DNA of 64,000 bases from the human T2T-CHM13v2.0 reference genome, Homo sapiens (GCF_009914755.1 NC_060945.1), one strand, 5' to 3'. Shown: positions 1 through 20,300, counted from the first letter of the stretch. Program-made: numbers and translations. The notes: generated by a model from the letters alone, not told the origin.

Positions 1-235
1 CCTGGGCGCCCGGCGGTCCGCATGCAGCCCGGGGCCTGCCCAGGTGAGGTCTGCGGCCGCCACAGCGCTGAGGTCCCGCTTGGCCGGGGCGCACGGGCCG
101 CTGGGGATGCTGGCTGCGAGGCTCCGGGGAGGTGGAGCGGGAGGTTGTCCCAGGCCCTGGCTGCAGAGCTCTTGATGTCACGCCTGACACCCTCCATCCA
201 CCGCCTCGGGGCAGCGCTTCAGAGCCCCGGCAGAG
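1..235. promoter_or_regulatory. Edge of a CpG island (GC/CpG-rich), possibly the 5' end of a minus-strand (pseudo)gene that continues outside the window
   Basis: Dense CpG dinucleotides, including GCGGCCGC, in 1-235, followed by an abrupt switch to AT-rich sequence. Confidence 0.6.
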
Positions 236-439
236 GCAAGAAGTCGATCACTTCGTTCTTCATTCGTTGGAAAAATGGAAAAGCACATTATAATCCCTGG
301 AACAACCACTTCAGAGAAAGAGCAAAAAATTAAAATAGGATTGTAAATGACACACTGAAATAAGTTGATTTTAAAAATGGTAGTCAATGGAAAAACAGGA
401 TCAGAAGACAGGAGAGACAGGGAAAACAAATAAGTTATC

Positions 440-572
440 TGACTGAAACAGAATTAGAAACTAACAACAGTAAGAAATATTGGACATCTGAAAATATGTG
501 AAAATTTAACAACCCACCTCTAAATCATTGGATCAAAAAAAATCACAAGATAAATTGGAAAATATTTTGAGC
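440..572 (+). mobile_element. Old L1M ORF2 fragment followed by an Alu/FLAM tail fragment (573-612)
   Basis: A-rich L1-like text (aattagaaactaacaac...aaatattttgagctg), then ctgcactccagtttgggtaacagactgagacc. Confidence 0.55.
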
Positions 573-654
573 TGCACTCCAGTTTGGGTAACAGACTGAG
601 ACCTTGTTTCTAAGAAAACAAAACAAACTTCAAAAAGCTATAAAATTAAATGCC

Positions 655-1020
655 AACTTTCCCCTTTACCCAAACTATCCGTGGCTCTCCTTTGCCCTCA
701 GAGTCAAGCCCATGCTTCTCACTGTGGGCTCCAGGACCTAGGTGGCCTGACCAATGCACACCCTATCACGATCTCCTCCTCTGCCCACTTGCTCACGCTG
801 TCCAGTCACACACACTCTTTATTTTTGCAAATGCCAAGCTCCTGATCACCGCTGGGCCTTTGCCACTGCAGTTCCGCCTGCCAGGACCAGTCTTTCCCTA
901 GACCTTCCCATTCCTGCCTCTTCCTGGCTTGGCTGCCTCTTTCTGGTGCTTCAGGTCTCAGATCAAATGTCACCTCTTCAGAGAGGACTTCATTGAAATC
1001 TCTGCCTAACACAGCCCGTA
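655..1020. mobile_element. L2 (LINE-2) 3' fragment
   Basis: L2-like motifs gggcctttgccactgcagttcc and ttcaggtctcagatcaaatgtcacctcttcagagagg. Confidence 0.65.
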
Positions 1021-1376
1021 TCAAGGTCAACACTTTTCTCTTTTTAGACTTAGGTTTTGATATAAAGAAGTTTCATAAAAATGACTTGGGCAGCTATCAT
1101 CTGTTTAAAAGGTCTGACTTTGTTGAAATAATTTGGGCTTTCCTGTTCTTTGAGTTTTGATAAAACAACTGTAAAACCATCTGCCTTTTTAAAAAAAATT
1201 GAGATTGATGTATACTTTCTGTTATTACTATTTTTTTACATTCTGTCTCCCAGGCTGGAACACAGTTGCTCGTAGCTCATTGCAGCCTCAAATTACCTTG
1301 CCTTTGTAACAGTAGGTCCTCAGTCACCTTTCTCATCTACAGATGTTGGTTTACTTAAGCTTTCTAATTACTTGGA

Positions 1377-1418
1377 GGTCAGCTTAGCTCAGTGGTTAGC
1401 ACAAGTTGCTAATAAATG
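1377..1418 (+). pseudogene. Degenerate 5' half of a tRNA-Ile(AAT)-like sequence
   Basis: ggtcagcttagctcagtggttagcacaagttgctaataa aligns with tRNA-Ile(AAT) GGCCGGTTAGCTCAGTTGGTTAGAGCGTGGTGCTAATAA (A box and anticodon loop CTAATAA); no T-arm. Confidence 0.4.
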
Positions 1419-2234
1419 CTCGAGTATGAGGGTGCAAAGAAAGGGGTAGGGAGGTGCAAGACCCTTGGCTTCAAATGCCCAGTCCCCTACTCATCTGCTC
1501 AGGCCCCTGTCTAGCCTCTGTATCTAAGCCAAACTACATGCCTCCTCCCCTGAGAAGCCCTCTTGGATTTCTCCTGTCCCGTCTTCCCTGCTCTATCCTC
1601 GGGTGAGTGGATCCATCCATCTGCCTCTGTGCTGGGCAGATGCCACTGCTCTCTGCTTTCTGGCTGGACGAGGCAAGGGGGAAGTTGTGTGTGTAGAAGT
1701 CCCCCTAAACCTTGGCCTTTGCCTCATGCCTGGCACATTCAACCTTTGCTGACACCTCCACAGAAATACCAACCTCACCAACATCTGCAGAATGGGCCAC
1801 CAGGGTCTGTCTGGAGCTTGGGTGGGATTTTCACTTGACTACAAATACACACACATACACCCTAGGCTTCCAGGTCTGCATTCTTGGCTGACTCTTCACA
1901 CTTGAGTCCAAGACAGGTCAATGGTTAGTGGCTGGATTTGCAAGCATGTGTGTTTTTGGGCAGGATATCAGCTGGGGCAGTCTGAGAGGAAGCTGTCAAG
2001 GGAAGCTAAAGAGGAGGGAGTCAGTCACGTCTCTCTTCACCTGTTGCACTCTCTAAATTTTACTGTCCACTCCTAGGCCTGATCTAGAGGGCTGTCTAGT
2101 CTAGGGGAGACAAAGTTGGATGTATCTACTGCCAGCCCCATGGGGTCAGAACTACAGGGGAAGGTTGGGGACTGTGGGATTCCAGAGGAACAACAGGGAG
2201 GGCTTCTTGGAGGAATGCTTTTTCTTGAGCTGAG

Positions 2235-2492
2235 TTTTTTTTTCTCTGTAGCTCAGTCTGAAATGCAGTGGCACAATCACTGCTCACTGCAGCCTTGACC
2301 TTCCGTGCTCAATTGATCCTCCTACTTCAGGGTGGGACTACAGGCACATGCCACCACACACAGCTAATTTTTGTATTTTTTGTAGAGATGGGGTTACATC
2401 AGGTTGTTCAGGCTGGTCTCAAACTCCTGGGTTCAAGTAATCCTCCTGTCTTGGCCTCTCAGAGTGCTGGAATTGCAGGCATGAACCACCTC
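2235..2492 (-). mobile_element. AluJ
   Basis: Diverged antisense Alu dimer. Confidence 0.85.
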
Positions 2493-2494
2493 AT

Positions 2495-3270
2495 CTGACC
2501 TGAGCTGAGTTCTGAAGTGTGAATAGGAGTTGGCTAGGTGAAGAAGGGAAAAAAGGACCTTCTAGACAGAAATATTTGTCAAAGATAGAGAGAAGTAGGC
2601 AGGAGCTGATTAGGGCAAGGTGTTTGAATGTCAGGCTGGATGCAGAAATTTTCTCACAAGGCCAATGTGGAACCATGGAGAATGTGTAAGCAAGGGAGGC
2701 CATGATTAGAGCTTGATCTCTCAGGGGCAGAGTGGGGGACAGCTTGGTTCTTCGGTGATGGGATCAGGAGAGTTCCGGTGTCATGGGGGGTCAGGAGAGT
2801 TAAGCCCTGCATCAACTCATCTGCACCTGTCACCTCGCACCAGAGTTGGTGGGGGACCTCCTGATGTTCTGGAGGGCCAAATAAGCCGTGGGATCCAGTG
2901 ACTTACAGTGTGAGGTACAGACCAGCACAGAGAGGGTACCGCCCCAGGCTCTGCTCAGATGGACACAGCCCTGACCTCATCTCCATCCTCCTGCCATCTC
3001 CACCCCAGCCCTGATAGTCCTGCTTTCCATGGTAGCCATGAGCTGCATGTTAAAATGATAAATCAGCCCCATCCCTTCTCTCCTCAAAACCCTCTCATAG
3101 CTCGTCTTTGCTCTTAGACTAAAACCCAGAGCCTCCTGCAGCTCAGAAGGCCCAGTGTGGCCCAGCCTCTGTGGCCTCTTGCCCTCCCCACCCACTCCAA
3201 CCTCACTGCTGTTTCTCTCCCCCTTGGGATCCTTGTACCTGCTGTTTCTTCTGCATGGAATTCACTTCCT
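2495..3270. mobile_element. L2 fragments (about 2495-2720 and 2980-3270)
   Basis: L2-like motifs gagctgagttctgaag...aataggagttggctagg and ctcctcaaaaccctc...aaacccagagcctcc. Confidence 0.5.
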
Positions 3271-4523
3271 GTCTCAGCTCTAGGACATCAGTCCAGAAAG
3301 GCCCCCAACTTCCTGCCTCTCGGGGTTTCCCTGTCACGTGACCTCTGCACTAGCCATAGTGTCCCTATAACTAAAATTGAGACAGATTGAGAAAGGGCTT
3401 AGTTGAGCCTTCTATGCTCAAGAGACTCAGGCCCAAGATCAGCCCCAGTCCCTGCTCTCATGAGACCACATGCATAGGGGTCATTTGGGGGATTATCTTG
3501 GCACTGGGTCCTGTGGGTTGGTGTCACCTCCAGCCTCCAGGGACTCATCCTAGCCATGGGAATGTGTCCAATTCCTGCCCAGGATTAAAATTAGCCCTGG
3601 AGATTACATTTAGTAAGTCAAGCTGGAGGTCAGGGGCTGGAGCCCACAGCCTGGGCTCTGCAGAGCTGTGGCGGCTCAGAAACTCAGCCCAGAGAACATG
3701 GAGGTATGCTTAGGGTCACACAGTGGGCCACAAGTGCCACCTGAGATGTCAGATACTTGTGGGCCTGGGACACCTGGATGATGAAGGGTCCAGCATGGGC
3801 TGGAGCAGTGCCAGGGGTTGGGGTTCTGAGAAGCATCTGTGGCCACTCCCAGAGAATGACCTGAATTTCCTGAGAGTTTGTTGCCAGGCCTTGTGGTGGG
3901 AGCTTGGCATTTCATGCCTGCCATAGAGGTCTGTTACCTGTCCCATTCACAGAACAGCACATAGAGGCCTAGAAATCAGCCTCCTATGCTGAGAACCACC
4001 TCAAGGGTCATAGAAGAGGCTGGGACCCAAGCATAGGCCCATGTGACTCTGGGGAGTCACTCATCTGAAGCCTCAAGTCATCTGTGACATGGCAGAGGCC
4101 GGGAGGTGGAGTGTATTCACACGGTTGGCAGAGTGGGGATGTCCCCTGGGGGTCTCAGGGGCCTGGGATGGCATGCCTGCTGCGGAACGGGCAACATGAT
4201 TTCTTTCTATGGAGGAACCTTGCATGGGGGTGCCAGAGAAAGCCTTGTCCCTGCCGTGGCCCAGCAGCCTCCTGCTTCTGAGACCCCCACCGGGGGATCC
4301 AAGATTCCTTGAGGTGGGGTCCAGGGTTTCTCCTGAGTCACCAAGTGGACCCCTGGACCTAAACTCTGGTCTGAGGGCTCCAAGCCAGAGTCTTTCCAGG
4401 GAATCCCTGTACTCTCCCACTGGAACAGGGTGGGTTTCCATCATTCTCTTTTCAAAAACAAAAAAAAAATTAGCAGAAATAATTCACTGGTGGTTGGGGG
4501 GAATTGGAAGATTGAGATAATCA

Positions 4524-5973
<1,450 letters not shown>

Positions 5974-6197
5974 TTTTTTAAAATGTATTATTATTATACT
6001 TTAAGTTTTAGGGTACATGTGCACAACGTGCAGGTTTGTTACATATGTATACCTGTGGCATGTTGGTGTGTTGCACCCATTAACTTGTCATTTAGCATTA
6101 GGTATATCTCCTAATGCTATCCCTCCCCCCTCCCCCCACCCCACAACAGTCCCCGGTGTGTGATGTTCCCCTTCCTGTGTCCATGTGTTCTCATTGT

Positions 6198-10025
<3,828 letters not shown>

Positions 10026-10090
10026 TGTGATGTTAGCTGGTTATTTTGCCCACTAGTTGATGCAGTTTCTTCCTAGCATCGATGGTCTTT

Positions 10091-11113
10091 TCAATTTGGC
10101 ATGTTTTTGTAGTGGCTGGTACTGGTTGTTCTTTCTGTGTTTACTGCTTCCTTCAGGAGCTCTTGTAGGGCAGGCCTGGTGGTGACAAAATCTCTCAGCA
10201 TTTGCTTGTCTATAAAGGATTTTCTTTCTCCTTTACTTATGAAGCTTAGTTTGACTGGATATGAAGTTCTGTATTGAAAATTCTTTTCATTAAGAATGTT
10301 GAATATTGGCCCCCACTCTCTTCTGGCTTGTAGAGTTTCTGCTGAGAGATCCGCTGTTAGTCTGATGGGCTTCCCTTTGTGGGTAACCCGACCTTTCCCT
10401 CTGGCTGTCCTTAACCTTTTTTCCTTCATTTCAACCTTGGTGAATCTGATAATTCTGTGTCTCAGGGTTGCTCGTCTCATAGAGTATCTTTGTGGTGTTC
10501 TCTGTATTTCCCGAATTTGAATGTTGGCCTGCCTTGCTAAGTTGTGGAAGTTTTCCTGGATAATATTCTGAAGAGTGTTTTCCAACTTAGTTCCATTCTC
10601 CCCATCAATTTCAGGTACACCAATCAGAAGTAGATTTGGTCTTTTCACATAGCCCCATATTTCTTGGAGGCTTTGTCCATTTCTTTTTACTTTTTTTTCT
10701 CTAAACATCTCTTCTCACTTCATTTCATTCATTTGACCTTCAATCACTGATCCCCTTTCTTCCACTTGATCAAATCGGCTACTGAAGCTTGTGCATGCGT
10801 CACGTAGTTCTTGTGCCATTGTTTTCACCTCCATTTGGTCATTTAAGGTCTTCTCTATGCCGTTTATTCCAGTTAGCCATTCATCTAATCTTTTTTCAAG
10901 GTTTTTAGCTTCCTTGCAATGGGGTCGAACATCCTCCTTTAGCTTGGAGAAGTTTGTTATTACCAACCTTCTGAAGCCTACTTCTGTCAACTCATCAAAG
11001 TCATTCTCCATCCAGCTTTGTTCCATTGCTGTGGAGGAGCTGTGACACTTTGGAGGAGAAGAGGTGCAGTGGTTTTTAGACTTTTCAGCTTCTCTGCTCT
11101 GGTTTCTCTCCAT
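10091..11113 (-). pseudogene. L1 ORF1 (p40), disrupted
   Basis: MERNQSREAEKSKN...RLDEWLT...; QSLQEIWGYVKRPNL; KGKPIRLTADLSAETLQARREWGPIF; in-frame stop at about 10715. Confidence 0.95.
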
Positions 11114-12979
11114 CTTTGTCATTTTATCTACCTTTGGTCTTTGATGATGGTGACCTACAGATGGGGTTTTGGTGTGGATGTCCTTTTTGTTGATGTTGAT
11201 GCTATTGCTTTTGTTTGTTAGTTTTCCTTCTAACAGATTCCTCAGCTGCAAGTCTGTTGGAGTTTGCTGGAGGTCCACTCCAGACCCTGTTTGCCTGGGT
11301 ATCACTGGCAGAGGCTTCAGAACAGCAAATATTGCAGAACAGCAAATGTTGCTGCCTGATCCTTCCTCTGGAAGCTCTGTCTCAGAGGGGCACCTGGCTG
11401 TATGAGGTGTCAGTTGACCCCTACTGGGAGATGTCTCTCAGTTAGGCTACTTGGGGGTCAGGGACACACTTGAGGAGGCAGTCTGTCCATTCTCAGAGCT
11501 TAAACTCCATTCTGTGGGAACCACTGTTCTCTTCAGGGCTGTCAGACAGGGAAGTTTAAGGCTGTAGAAACTTCTGCTGTAGAAAGTTTCTGCTGCCTTT
11601 TGTTCAGCTATGCCCTGCCCCTAGAGGTGGAGTCTACAGAGGCAGGCAGTCCTCATTGAGTTGTGGTGGGCTCCACCCAGTTCAAGCTTCCCAGTGGCTT
11701 TGTTTACCTAGTCAAGCCTCAGCAATGGTGGATGCCCCTCCCCCAACCTGTCTGCTGCCTCCCAGTTCGATCTCAGACCGCTGCACTAGCAGTGAGCAAG
11801 GCTCCATGGGTGTGTGATCCTCCGAGCCAGGTGTGGGATATAATCTCCTGGTGTGCCATTTGCTAAGACTGTTGGAAAAGTGCAGTATTAGGGTGGAAGT
11901 GTCCCAATTTTCCAGGTACCATCTGTCATGGCTTCCCTTGGCTAGGAAAGGGAAATCCCCCAACCCCTTGTACTTCCTGGATGAGGTGATGCCCCACCCT
12001 GCTTCAGCTCACCCTCTCCGTGGTCTACACCCACTGTCCAACCAGTTCCAGGTACTTCAGTTGGAAATGCAGAAATCATCTGTCTTCTGTGTTGATAGTG
12101 CTGGAAGCTGTAGACCAGAGCTGTTCCTATTTGGCCATCTTGGTGCCTCCCCTTGTTTTTTTTTTTTTTTTTTTTTTTTTTTTTCTGATTTCAACTTGAC
12201 AGCAGAACTCAACCATGCTGATGGTGCAGATGCATGTTGGTGGGAACTTTTCATTGTTTGATTCTGACATTTATGATAAATGGATTCACTTACTAAAGTT
12301 TTGTAGAGAGAGTCATAACCATTTAATCACCTAGATGATATTTCCTTTATAAAATCAAACATATCTGGTGGTTTTAGAGCAATATTTTTTACCTCAGTCA
12401 CTTGTGTTTATTAGACAAGAATACTAAGTGTCAAGATGTTTGCATTGCCTTTCATATTTTTATTTAGGGGACAGTGTAATGATAAATGACTTTGAATATA
12501 TAACCAGACACACCTTCATCCCCCCACCAAATCTGTGCTAATTTACTGTTTTTTATATTTCATGCATGAAGCTAAATTGTTTTTACCCATGGATTACAGC
12601 AAAATGATGCAATGATACCTGAATCCTGGCCAAATAACATGAAATGGCAACTGCAAAATTGTTCTGCAAAATTTTACAAGGTATTATGGTATTGAGGATA
12701 TCCCAAGAAAACTTGAGAGGCATTATCTTTCTCATTGGAGACTGACATTCCTGTATCAAGTAAAGTCTCAGGAAAAAGAACCACATGTGACTATTTTAAT
12801 GCAACCTCTTGGTTGAAATAAAATGACTAAAAGCAGTGTTTATCTTGTTGATAACTGAGAGGCAAATGTTAAAAATTTTGTTCTGAGATGAAGAGAGTTC
12901 ACATGATAAGTCTCTGGGATGTGAACTAAACTGGGAAAGCACCAGGACCATTTCTGAGACATACAGTTAATTAGGGTTT

Positions 12980-13240
12980 GGATAAACAGAATAATGTTCC
13001 CCACTCCCTAAAAAAGATATTTACATCCAAGTTCTTAGATACTGGAAATATATTACAATTCATGGCAAAGAGAATATAAGGTTGCAAATGGGATCAAAAT
13101 TGCTGATATGCTGATGAAAAATAGGAAGACTATTATGAATTATCATGGTGGGCCCAGTAGAATCATAAGCATCAAAAACCATGGAAGAGTGAAGAATAAA
13201 CCGTATCAAAGTGATAGATCATGAGAAAGACTCAATTGGA
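12980..13240 (+). mobile_element. MLT1-type (MaLR) LTR fragment
   Basis: cagaataatgttcccc...aaagatatttacatcc...catggcaaagagaatataaggttgcaaatggg matches the 5' part of MLT1D/E. Confidence 0.6.
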
Positions 13241-13717
13241 TATATTTTTAATTGTTTGCTTTAGTGAGTTTTTCCACTTTAGCATACATTTTATTCAATT
13301 CAACTCTGCAAATGTGATTCATTTTATATGCCTGTCACTGAATTGGGTGTTAAAAATAAAATGAGAGAACACAAAATAACAAAAATTGATTTCTAAAGAT
13401 GGAGGGCAAAGGGCATTAAGAATATAGATAGTGTGCACCCTATACAGGCATGATTGTAAATGTATTCATTATATATAGAGAGTAATAATTATATATATAT
13501 ATGTATATAATTATTTGGCTTAGAAAAGAGTGCAGGGGGTACATTATCAAGAATTTAGCATCAAGGTTAATCAAGAATAAGTGAGTAAAATAAAAATAAT
13601 AATGATGGTAATAATTTCAAACACTGAAGAAAGAACATTGATGATATGAAGTCATTTTTTTTCAGATCTACAAAATAGGTTTCTTCTATGCCATTAGGAT
13701 GAACACAGTTTTCACTT

Positions 13718-14961
<1,244 letters not shown>

Positions 14962-15129
14962 TAAAATATTCTAAAAATTATTTCTTTGTAATCAATTAAA
15001 TTATACAAAAAGCACATAATTTTCTTTCTGATTTAAATAAAACATGTGAATTGTACTTTTATAATATCTCAATATCTTTTAATTTTTTGGTGCCAAGAAC
15101 TGTGTGCTTTCCTCAGTTCAATGTCCACT

Positions 15130-16250
15130 ATGATTTTGTATTCTCAAGGTCTGTCTCTCACCCCTTCATTTTAATTTTACCTTTATACAGGAAAATGTTA
15201 TTTTCTTCTTGAGTACACTCTTATGCGGCTCCTATTGGCAAGCAAATCTCTTAGTTTTAATTTTTGAAATTATTTTAATTTTTCTTATTTATTGAAGATA
15301 TTTAGCTATATTCAAATTCTAGCTTGAATAAAAAAATTTTTAAGCATAATTTTAAAATTTGTTTTTAATTGAAAATAACATTGTGTAAGTTTATTATGTA
15401 TGTTTTGAATTACATATAGATTATAAAATGATTAAATCTAGCTAATTAACAAATGCATGATCTAAAAGTTATTGTTTTTTGTGGTGAAAACAGTTAACAT
15501 CAACTACCTTTTCATTTTTCAGGACTGCAATATATCATAATTAAGTATGGCTGCCGTGCTGCATAGCAGATCTTGTAAAATATATTTCTTCTATCTAATA
15601 ATAATTATGTTTCCTTTGACCAACATCTTTCCATCCTGTCCTCCACCACCGCAGGCTCTGGTAACCACCATTCTCCTCTCTACTTCTAAGAGATAAGCTT
15701 GTTTAGATTCCACATTTAATAAATTCCTGTCTTATTTGTCTCTCTATGTCTGGCTTATTTCACTTAACATAATGTCCTTCAGGTTCATCTATGTTGTCTT
15801 AAATGGCAGAATTTTATTCTGCCATTTATTTTATTATGCCATATATTTGTGGCCAAATAGCATTTCATTATGTTTACATACCATGTTGTCTTATCCATTT
15901 ATTCTTCGATGGGCACTGTGATTGATTCCATATCTTGGCCATTGTCAATAGTGCTGTAATAAACATGGGAGTGTAGCTATCTCTTTAACATACTGATTTT
16001 ATTTCTTTTGGCTATATGCCCAGTGGTGGAATTGCTGGAACATACAGTAGTTCCATTTTAGGTTGAGAAACTTCCATACTTGTTTTTCATAGTGGCTGTA
16101 TTAATTTGTATTCAAACCAACAGTTTATAAGAGTTCCCTTTATTCCACATCCTTGCTAACACTTGTTCTCTTTTGTCATTTCGATTATGGCCATTCTACT
16201 TAAGATAAGGTAATGTCTGGTATTGTTTTGATTTGCATCTCCCTGGAGGT
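15130..16250 (-). mobile_element. Old L1M (L1MA/MB/ME) 3' fragments
   Basis: ctggtaaccaccattctcctctctacttct, ggcttatttcacttaacataatgtcc, cagtggtggaattgctgg. Confidence 0.8.
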
Positions 16251-17360
16251 GATAAACACCAAGACAAAGAAACTGGGAGATACAAGAGGACAGAAATGAC
16301 TCAGTGATAGACAACATGGAGTCTCATCCACAATCGGCACACTCTGATCCTCTAACCAAATGACAAGCCACAGTTCAACTACTCCTTTTAAAGAAAAATG
16401 AGAAAACATATCTCTAAAATCGAGGACAGGCAAGGAGAGTGTCCCCCTTTGGGCACCCCAGCTGGTTTTATGTGTGATAATTATAGCACCTCTTCTTGCA
16501 AACATTTATGTAAAGGGAGGATTTTACTAAGGACGACCAACATCTAAGGTTCCCAAAGTGAAGAACTTTAAATATTCCCAAACTGGTCTTCTCGTATGCT
16601 AAATTAGAGAAGTTAGGTTTCTGCATCAAGGAAAATAAATGAGGGTTGTATTTTAGCTGGCACCTAAAAACATCCAAAAGTAGAAATGATAAACTTATTT
16701 CTTTCCAGAAAGGTAACAACAAAATATTTGAAACTACCTCAGAATTAAAGAAAAGTAGCAAAATCAGCTTCTAAAATCAGGAAGCTGCCAGAAACTGTCT
16801 CTTCTTTTTCTTCTCCTAAACCTCTGCTTTCTAAACTTCCTTGCCTGGATGATTTCATTTTTTTTCTCTTTCTCCTCCCTGTATTCCTTCTTAAACCACA
16901 AAGGGTCCAGAAATAGCTACAGGAGAAGACAAAATAGTAGTCATTTCTTTTAAAACAAAACCCACAGGAAGAGTGGGTTCAAACATAAGATATACACCTT
17001 ACACCAAGTCAGAATTAAGTGCTCTGATGTTTGGATTTCCAGATCTGACTCAAGACACCTTAGGTTTGCCAAGGAATTCCAAGTAATGCTTAAGACCTAT
17101 GATTCAGGGTTTTCAAACCAATATCAGCTAACTGATTTACTAGTCCTCCAAAACAAAGCCAAAGAGTGCTACAAAGTAGTGAATTAGAAACAGCTTTAGC
17201 AGATTTTAACAAACTAAAGTGCAAATGGGAGAGAGAAGTGTAGGGAGTTTTGCAACTGCCTCTGTGGGAATTTACCACAGCTATTCCCCCTAATCCTATA
17301 GACTAGGCAAAATACAACAATGTAATATATACCCCAGCAAAACCATACCTGATTATTATA
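16250..17360 (+). mobile_element. ERV1 (MER4-group-like) internal fragment with a degenerate gag N-terminus
   Basis: From 16398: MRKHISKIEDRQGECPPLGTPAGFMCDNYSTSSCKHLCK, frameshift, EDFTKDDQHLRFPK*RTLNIPKLVF..AKLEKLG. Confidence 0.55.
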
Positions 17361-17364
17361 TCAC

Positions 17365-20300
17365 ATTTATTTTTATTTTTTGTGGGTATACAGTAGTTGT
17401 GTGTATAAATGGGGTATATGAGATACTTTGATACAGGCATGCAACATGTAACAATCACAGCATGGTAAATGGGGTACCCATCTCCTCAAGCATTTACTCT
17501 GTATTACAAAAATTGAATTATATGATTTCAGTTATTTTAAAAGGTACAACTAAATTATTATTGATTATAATAATTGTCAATTATTGACAATTGCAGTGTT
17601 GTGGTATCAAGTACTACTGTTGTGCTACCAGTACAAACTGTGTTATCAGTACAAATACTACTGTTGTGCTATCAGCACAAATACCCTGTTGTGCAATCAA
17701 ATAGTACCTCTACCTCTTATTCATTCTTTTTAACTATTTCTTGTACCCATTAGCCATCCTCACTTCCCTCCATGGCCCTACCAAACTGCCCCCCTACTAT
17801 GCTTCTCAGCCTCTGGTAACCATCCTTCTACTCTCTATCTCCGTTGAATTCAACTCAATGGGATCCTTAGCGCCCATAAATAAATGAGAATATGCAAAGT
17901 TTGTCTTTCTGTGCCTGGCTTATTTCATTTAACATAATAACCCTCATCCATGTTGTTAAAAATGACAGAATCTCATTCTTTTTTTCTGGCTCCACTGTGT
18001 ATACATACTACATTTTCTTTATCCATTCATCTGTTGATTGACACTTACGTTGCTTCCAAATCTTGGCTATTTTCAACAATGCTGCAACAAACATGGGAAT
18101 GTAGACATCTCTTCAACATACTGAGTTCCTTTCTTGTGAGTATATACTTAGCAGTGAAATTGCTGGATTATATGGAAGCTCTAGTTTAGTTTTATGAGGA
18201 ACCTCCAAGCTGTTTTCCATAGTGGTTGTACTAATTTACATTTCCACCAACAGTGTACCAGGCTTCCCATTTCTCCACATTCTCACTAGCATTTGCTGTT
18301 GCCTGACTTTTGGACAAAATTCATTTTAACTGGGATAAGATGATATCTCATTGTAGTTTTGATTTGCATGTTTCTGATAATATAACTGCTTGCAATTCAT
18401 ATGCCTTCTTTTAAGAAATGTTTATTGAAATATTTTGCCCATTTTAAAGATCAGATTACTAGATTTTTTTCCTATACAGTAGTTTGAGCTGCTTATCTGT
18501 TCTAGTTATTAATCTTTTGTCAGGTGAATAGTTTGCAAATATGTTCTCCTATTCTGTGGGTTGTCTCCTCACTTTATTGATCATTTCCTTTGACATGCAG
18601 AAGATTTTTAACTTGATGTAACTTCATTTGTCCATATTTGCTTTGGTTGCCTGTGCTTGTGGGGTATTACTCAAGACATTTTTGCCAAGACCTGGAGAGA
18701 CTTTCCCCAATGTTTTCTTGCAGTAGTTTTTTAATTCGAGGTCTTAGATTTAAGTATTTAATCCATTTTGATTCGACTTTTGTATATGGCAAGAGTTGGG
18801 GTTATAATTTCATTCTTTTGCATGTAGATATCCAGTTTCCAAGCATGATTTATTGAAGAGATTGTCTTTTCCCTAATTTAAGTTCTTGGCACCTTTGTTG
18901 AAAATGAGTTCAGTGAAAATGTATAAAATTTTTTTCTGGGTTATCTGTTCAATTCCATTGGTTTATGTGTCTATTTTTATGCCAGTACCAGGCTGCTACA
19001 GTTACTATAGCTTTGTAATATAATTTGAAGTCAGTTAATGTGATTCCTGCATTTAATCTGTGAATTGCTTTGGGTAATATAGACATTTTAATATACTAAC
19101 ACTATCAATCCATGAACATGGAATATCTTTCAATTTTTGTGTCTTCAATTTATCTTATGATTGTGTTATAGTTTTTGTTGTAGAAATCCTTTACTTCTTT
19201 GGTTGATTTCTATGTATTTAGTTCTATTTGTGGCTATGATAAATGGTATTTCTTTTTAAATTCTTTTTCAGATTGTTCACTCTTGGCATATAGAAATGTT
19301 ACTGATTCCTGCCGGGCGCGGTGGCTCACGCCTGTATTCCCAGGACTTTGGGAAGGTGAGGTGGGCACATCACGAGGTCAGGAGATCGAGACCATACTGG
19401 CTAACACGATGAAACCCCGTCTCTACTAAAAATACAAAAAAAAGTTAGCCAGGCGTGATGGTGGGTGCCTGTAGCCCCAGCTCCTCGGGAGGCTGAGGCA
19501 GGAGAATGGTGTGAACCCAGGAGGCAGACTTGCAGTGAGCCAAGATTGCACCACTGCACTCCAGCCTGGGTGACAAAGTGAGACTCTGTCTCAAAAAAAA
19601 AAAAAAAAAGATACTGATTTTTATATATTGATTTGTATCCTGAAACTCTACTGAATTTATCAGTTCTAGTAGTTTTTGTGGAGTCTTCAGGTTTTTTACA
19701 AATATAAGATTATATCATCTGCAAAACAAAGATAATTTGTCTTCTTCCCTTTAGATGCCCTTTATTTCTCTCTCTTGTCTGATTGCTTTTGCTAGGACTT
19801 CCAGTACTATGGAGAATAACAGTGGTGAAAGTGGGCATCCTGGTCATGTTCCAGATCTTAGAGAAGGGGATTTCAGTGTTTCCCTTGTCAGTATGATACT
19901 AGCTGTGGGTATGTCATATATGGCTTTCATTATGTTAATAATGTTCTTTCTCTACCCAGGTTTCTGAGGGTTTTTAATCATGATGGGATGTTGAATTTTA
20001 TCAAATGCTTTTTTAAAATGTCTTAATTTAAATGATTATATAATCTTTTCCTTCATTTTGGTGATGTGATGTATCATTTGGATTGATTTGCAACCATTCT
20101 TGCATCCTTGTGATAAATCACACATGATCATGAAGAATGATATTTTTAATGTATTGTTTAAAGGTTTGCTAGCATTTTGTTGAGGATTTTTGCATCAATA
20201 TTAATTGGAGATATTGTAGTTTTCTTTTTTTAAAGTGTCTTTGATTTTGGTATAAAGGTAATTCTGGTGTTATAGAATGAGTTTGGAAGTATTCCCCATC

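Noticed and set aside
22-333. 103-aa ORF in the CpG-rich edge
   Set aside because: GC-rich sequence is naturally stop-poor, there is no recognisable homology, and the ORF runs across a composition boundary.
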